Part shown: positions 61,128 through 64,000 of the stretch, piece by piece
How positions within the stretch are numbered: position 1 is the stretch's first letter
Layout of the letters: every line of letters starts with the position of its first letter
Origin: Akkermansia sp.
Lineage (GTDB): Bacteria > Verrucomicrobiota > Verrucomicrobiia > Verrucomicrobiales > Akkermansiaceae
Direction: 5' to 3'
Length of the DNA: 64,000 bases
NCBI GenBank assembly: GCA_045653545.1
Contig: JAZOMC010000014.1
Coordinates: 3,880-67,879 of the forward strand
The notes under the pieces: generated by a model
What the model saw: the letters and a program-made list of their open reading frames with translations, nothing else
Told to the model about the DNA's origin: nothing
Database searches by the model: none
Position numbers and translations under genes: made by a program

Positions 61128-62564
61128 TTACTCAGACTTAGCGGTGACGGAGGGGGTCGTCGTGCGGGGTTCCGTGTAGCTATACGTGGCGGGATTCGGT
61201 GCAATCTGTGCGAATCCGGCAGTGACGCCGGCGCGCTTCATACCGATGTTGGCATTCGCATAAATCTGGGCCATCTGCCCACCCTCTACGATAACGGGTG
61301 CATCTAGCGGGTTATCATAGCCGATATTCTTCAGAATGGCGGCCATATCCAGCGTCTCGCCGGCCTCATTCGTTATCGGGCGGGCAGTCACCACAACCAT
61401 GGGCATCATACCTGTGCCACCATCAGCCGTGGGAACCTCCACATCAATTTCCTGACCGACGATAACATCAATACCATAAGGCTGATTATCAGTTCCCACC
61501 ACATAAATGAAGCGGTGATTCATGGAAGAAAGCAGTGAAGCACGGGGCACCAGCAGAGCATTCTCAATCTCAGCTACCTTAGCACGAATCTGCACAGAAG
61601 CACCGGAGCGCAGGCGCAGCTCATCGTTCGGAATGGAGCCTATAAAGTTCACAGTACCGGTGGAGGTGTTCACCTGACTATCCATGGTACGCACGACACC
61701 CCTGTGCGGATACAGAGTGCCATCCTCCAGAATGACGTCAAACTCCGTGAAGGGAGAGTCCATATTCTCCCCGGCGCGGAAGCCGGTCTGGGTCACAATA
61801 TCCAGCACATTCTTGCCGGTCACCACAAAGTCCACACGGATGGGAGTAATGGCGCTCATGTGAGTCAGCACCACAGCACCGGGGCTCACGTGGTCACCCA
61901 CACTCACAGCAGCAGCGGAGGCGTAACCGGAGAAAGGAGCTCGAATAGTACAACGATCCAGGTTAATGCGGGCATTATCCAGCGCGGCCTCAGCCTGGCG
62001 CACCTGTGCATTAGCAGCTGCCAGAGCAGCCCCCGTGCGGCGCTTAGCCAGCTCGGCGTCCTGGAAAACTTTTTCAGATACGGAGCCGTTACGAACGAGC
62101 GCAGCATTACGATCCAAATCCTGCTGGGCCTGAGCATCAGCGGCCTCAGCCTGCAGCACCGTGGCGCGAGCAGCCTCAAGGTTAGCAAGAGCCATATTCA
62201 CCGCGGCCTGATATGTCACATCATCTATACGGAAAAGCACGTCGTCCTTCTCGCAAGGGGAACCGTCTATATACACCTGCTCCACGATACGACCACTCAC
62301 TTCAGGACGAATATCCGCCTGCTCCGTACCGCGCAGCTGGCCAAACCATGTAGCATACACAGGCACGTTCTGGCGGCGCATCTTCATCACCGTCACCTGC
62401 AGGGGCGGCATAGGCTGGCGAGCCTCTTCCTGCTCACCTCCAATAAAATCATTATAAACACGTGTCAGAAAGCCGGGCTTACCATCCTCACTCTCTCCAC
62501 AACCGGTCAGACCGATTACTACCGCCGTACTCAGCGCCATTGTAACTATATGTTTTGCTTTCAT
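61128..62564 (-). CDS. RND periplasmic adaptor (MFP)
   Basis: IRPEVSG, lipoyl/alpha-hairpin region, IRAPFSG, TGTV. Confidence 0.9.
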   Translation of the reverse strand: MKAKHIVTMALSTAVVIGLTGCGESEDGKPGFLTRVYNDFIGGEQEEARQPMPPLQVTVMKMRRQNVPVYATWFGQLRGTEQADIRPEVSGRIVEQVYIDGSPCEKDDVLFRIDDVTYQAAVNMALANLEAARATVLQAEAADAQAQQDLDRNAALVRNGSVSEKVFQDAELAKRRTGAALAAANAQVRQAEAALDNARINLDRCTIRAPFSGYASAAAVSVGDHVSPGAVVLTHMSAITPIRVDFVVTGKNVLDIVTQTGFRAGENMDSPFTEFDVILEDGTLYPHRGVVRTMDSQVNTSTGTVNFIGSIPNDELRLRSGASVQIRAKVAEIENALLVPRASLLSSMNHRFIYVVGTDNQPYGIDVIVGQEIDVEVPTADGGTGMMPMVVVTARPITNEAGETLDMAAILKNIGYDNPLDAPVIVEGGQMAQIYANANIGMKRAGVTAGFAQIAPNPATYSYTEPRTTTPSVTAKSE

Positions 62565-62583
62565 TGCTAACCTAATCTAAAAA

Positions 62584-63015
62584 TTACTTGATATTCCTGA
62601 ACACTCGCCTCAGCAGCTCGAAAAGCTGCTCTTCTTCTTCGGGGGCTAACCCTGCCATCATTCGCTCGGTCAGGGCATTAATGAGACTGGAGAGCTCTTC
62701 ACGGCACTGGCTAGCCTTATCCGTGAGGTAGGCATTCTTCACTCGCCCATCCTTGCTATCAAACGCAGTACGCACATACCCCTTCTCTTCCAACCGCTGC
62801 AGTAGGCCTTTCGCTGTGGTATGCGATACGTTAAGATACTCCTCCAGTTCACGCTGAGACATAGGGCCGCCGCCCTTCACCTCCAAGTACATCAACACGC
62901 GGCTTTGTGCTGCAGTCACCGGCATGTCGGCGTGCAGAGAAAACAGCGTGGATACCCGATCCGCTATCAGCTTCATCAGGAATGATATAGCCTGTCTTCT
63001 TTGCATCGTTTCCAT
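62584..63015 (-). CDS. MarR-family regulator
   Basis: VTAAQSRVL..L, SQRELEEYL.VSHTT..GLL.RLEEKGYV.......DGR....LT. Confidence 0.9.
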   Translation of the reverse strand: METMQRRQAISFLMKLIADRVSTLFSLHADMPVTAAQSRVLMYLEVKGGGPMSQRELEEYLNVSHTTAKGLLQRLEEKGYVRTAFDSKDGRVKNAYLTDKASQCREELSSLINALTERMMAGLAPEEEEQLFELLRRVFRNIK

Positions 63016-63025
63016 AACTTAACTC

Positions 63026-63047
63026 AATATGAAGCAAGCTTCATATT
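63026..63047. promoter_or_regulatory. Palindromic operator AATATGAAGC-AA-GCTTCATATT (probable MarR site)
   Basis: Lies between the marR promoter (minus strand TTGACT-16-TATACT) and the ATG. Confidence 0.75.
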
Positions 63048-63122
63048 ACAGCGACAAGTATAGCCTTCCTGGCCGAAAAGTCAAGAAAAATTGTCAAACT
63101 TTTTAAAGCATTTTCTGCCATT

Positions 63123-63380
63123 TCAACACTCATTCCCCATGCGGCGATAGCGGTTGAAAATCTCCTTCCAGTCGGCATTCTCGACTGCCAGCTCACGCAG
63201 GATGGCATCACGCATTTCCAGAGCCTGCGCTAACCCTTTTTCCGAGCCGCCACTCTTCAAATCAGAAAAATAACGCACGAAACGATTACCTCCTCTCGTG
63301 ATACACAAGCGCCACCCCTTAAAGGTGTAGCCTTGTCCTTTCTCCTGCCCGTAGCGGGTAATATGTTTCTCTTTGGTCAT
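63123..63380 (-). CDS. Small AP2-like domain protein
   Basis: ITR......GW.LCI.RGG..FVRYFSD...GG.EK.L..A...RD; start at MTKEK. Confidence 0.6.
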   Translation of the reverse strand: MTKEKHITRYGQEKGQGYTFKGWRLCITRGGNRFVRYFSDLKSGGSEKGLAQALEMRDAILRELAVENADWKEIFNRYRRMGNEC

Positions 63381-63398
63381 AACGTATAGCCCTATTTT

Positions 63399-63414
63399 AT
63401 GAAGCATGCTTCAT
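63399..63414. promoter_or_regulatory. Second copy of the operator, ATGAAGC-AT-GCTTCAT
   Basis: Perfect palindrome occupying the spacer of a minus-strand TTGACA-16-TAAAAT promoter. Confidence 0.7.
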
Positions 63415-63506
63415 TTGTCAAGTCTTTTTCGCCCCATGAAAATGTTATAAAAATGTTAATCGTATAACATTTTGACATTTGGAAAACAAAGAGTTATAAA
63501 CACATC

Positions 63507-63800
63507 ATGAAAAATACCCCTCACTCACCCATGGCTAGGCAACTACAGCAGGCACAGGCTGAAAGCAGCCCCTTAACCATAAGCGAACAACAGCTCCTAA
63601 AGCAATTATCAGCAGCTGAGGGACACTGCTCCCTGCGCCAACTGAGCACAGGATTACAACAGAATTTCAGCCGAACCCGCCATCTTCTGGCTCAACTTGA
63701 ACAAAAAGGGCTGGTGCAAGTCCACACGAGTGAACCAGACGACTCCACCCTGGTATACAATCTCACTGCAGCCGGCACGCGCTCTGCTGCACAGTTGTAA
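63507..63800 (+). CDS. Small winged-helix DNA-binding protein
   Basis: LTISEQQLLKQL...SLRQLS......SRTRHLLAQLEQKGLV. Confidence 0.6.
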   Translation: MKNTPHSPMARQLQQAQAESSPLTISEQQLLKQLSAAEGHCSLRQLSTGLQQNFSRTRHLLAQLEQKGLVQVHTSEPDDSTLVYNLTAAGTRSAAQL

Positions 63801-63861
63801 GCAGCCCTCAGCTAAGCACACGCGAGTACCCACTTCACAAAACAAAGAAAAAAAACCAAGC

Positions 63862-63885
63862 CTGCTGTACCCGTAAGTACAGCAG
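63862..63885 (-). terminator. Terminator after rpsP
   Basis: ctgctgtac...gtacagcag with a T-run on the minus strand. Confidence 0.7.
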
Positions 63886-63929
63886 ACTCAATTAGAAACA
63901 ACCAAGAAAATCTTTGGTCAGTGGTGGGC

Positions 63930-64000
63930 TCAGGCCTTAGCAGCGCGAGCCTTCTTGATCATGGAAGCCACAGTCTCGCTGGGCTGGGCGCCGTTGGAAA
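63930..64000 (-). CDS. rpsP: 30S ribosomal protein S16, C-terminal fragment
   Basis: Manual translation SNGAQPSETVASMIKKARAAKA* matches the S16 GAQPS.TV motif. Confidence 0.8.
   Translation of the reverse strand, partial: SNGAQPSETVASMIKKARAAKA

Overview
Ordinary-looking chromosome segment of a Verrucomicrobiota bacterium, most likely Akkermansiaceae (inferred from a PEP-CTERM protein ending VPEPTTATLSLLALAGLAARRRRK, a GH29 fucosidase and gene styles). Core genes: partial GH29 fucosidase, gyrA, gyrB, mpl, an RlmI-type methyltransferase, purM, purF, umuD, infC, thrS, a sugar-nucleotide/GT25 cluster, a yqjDEK-like triad, carA, purA, tRNA-Val(TAC), addBA-type helicase-nuclease, rpmJ, metX, a pilin-like gene, a MarR-regulated RND pump and partial rpsP. 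A ~17 kb accessory block follows tRNA-Val. It carries a HemN-like radical SAM plus E1/RfbH-like enzyme pair, an ECF/anti-sigma/PDZ trio, and a 9-gene operon (32539-44478). That operon encodes three dynamin-like GTPases, an LRAT-type Cys hydrolase, a fourth GTPase, two paralogous membrane-anchored proteins and two further membrane proteins, and is the best candidate for an undescribed membrane-remodelling defence/conflict system. Two unrelated glutamine amidotransferases (CarA, PurF) have independently lost their glutaminase catalytic residues, suggesting ammonia-driven nucleotide synthesis. The gyrB promoter spacer is a perfect alternating purine-pyrimidine palindrome (candidate supercoiling sensor). 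All product calls come from motif recognition by eye; no database searches were run.
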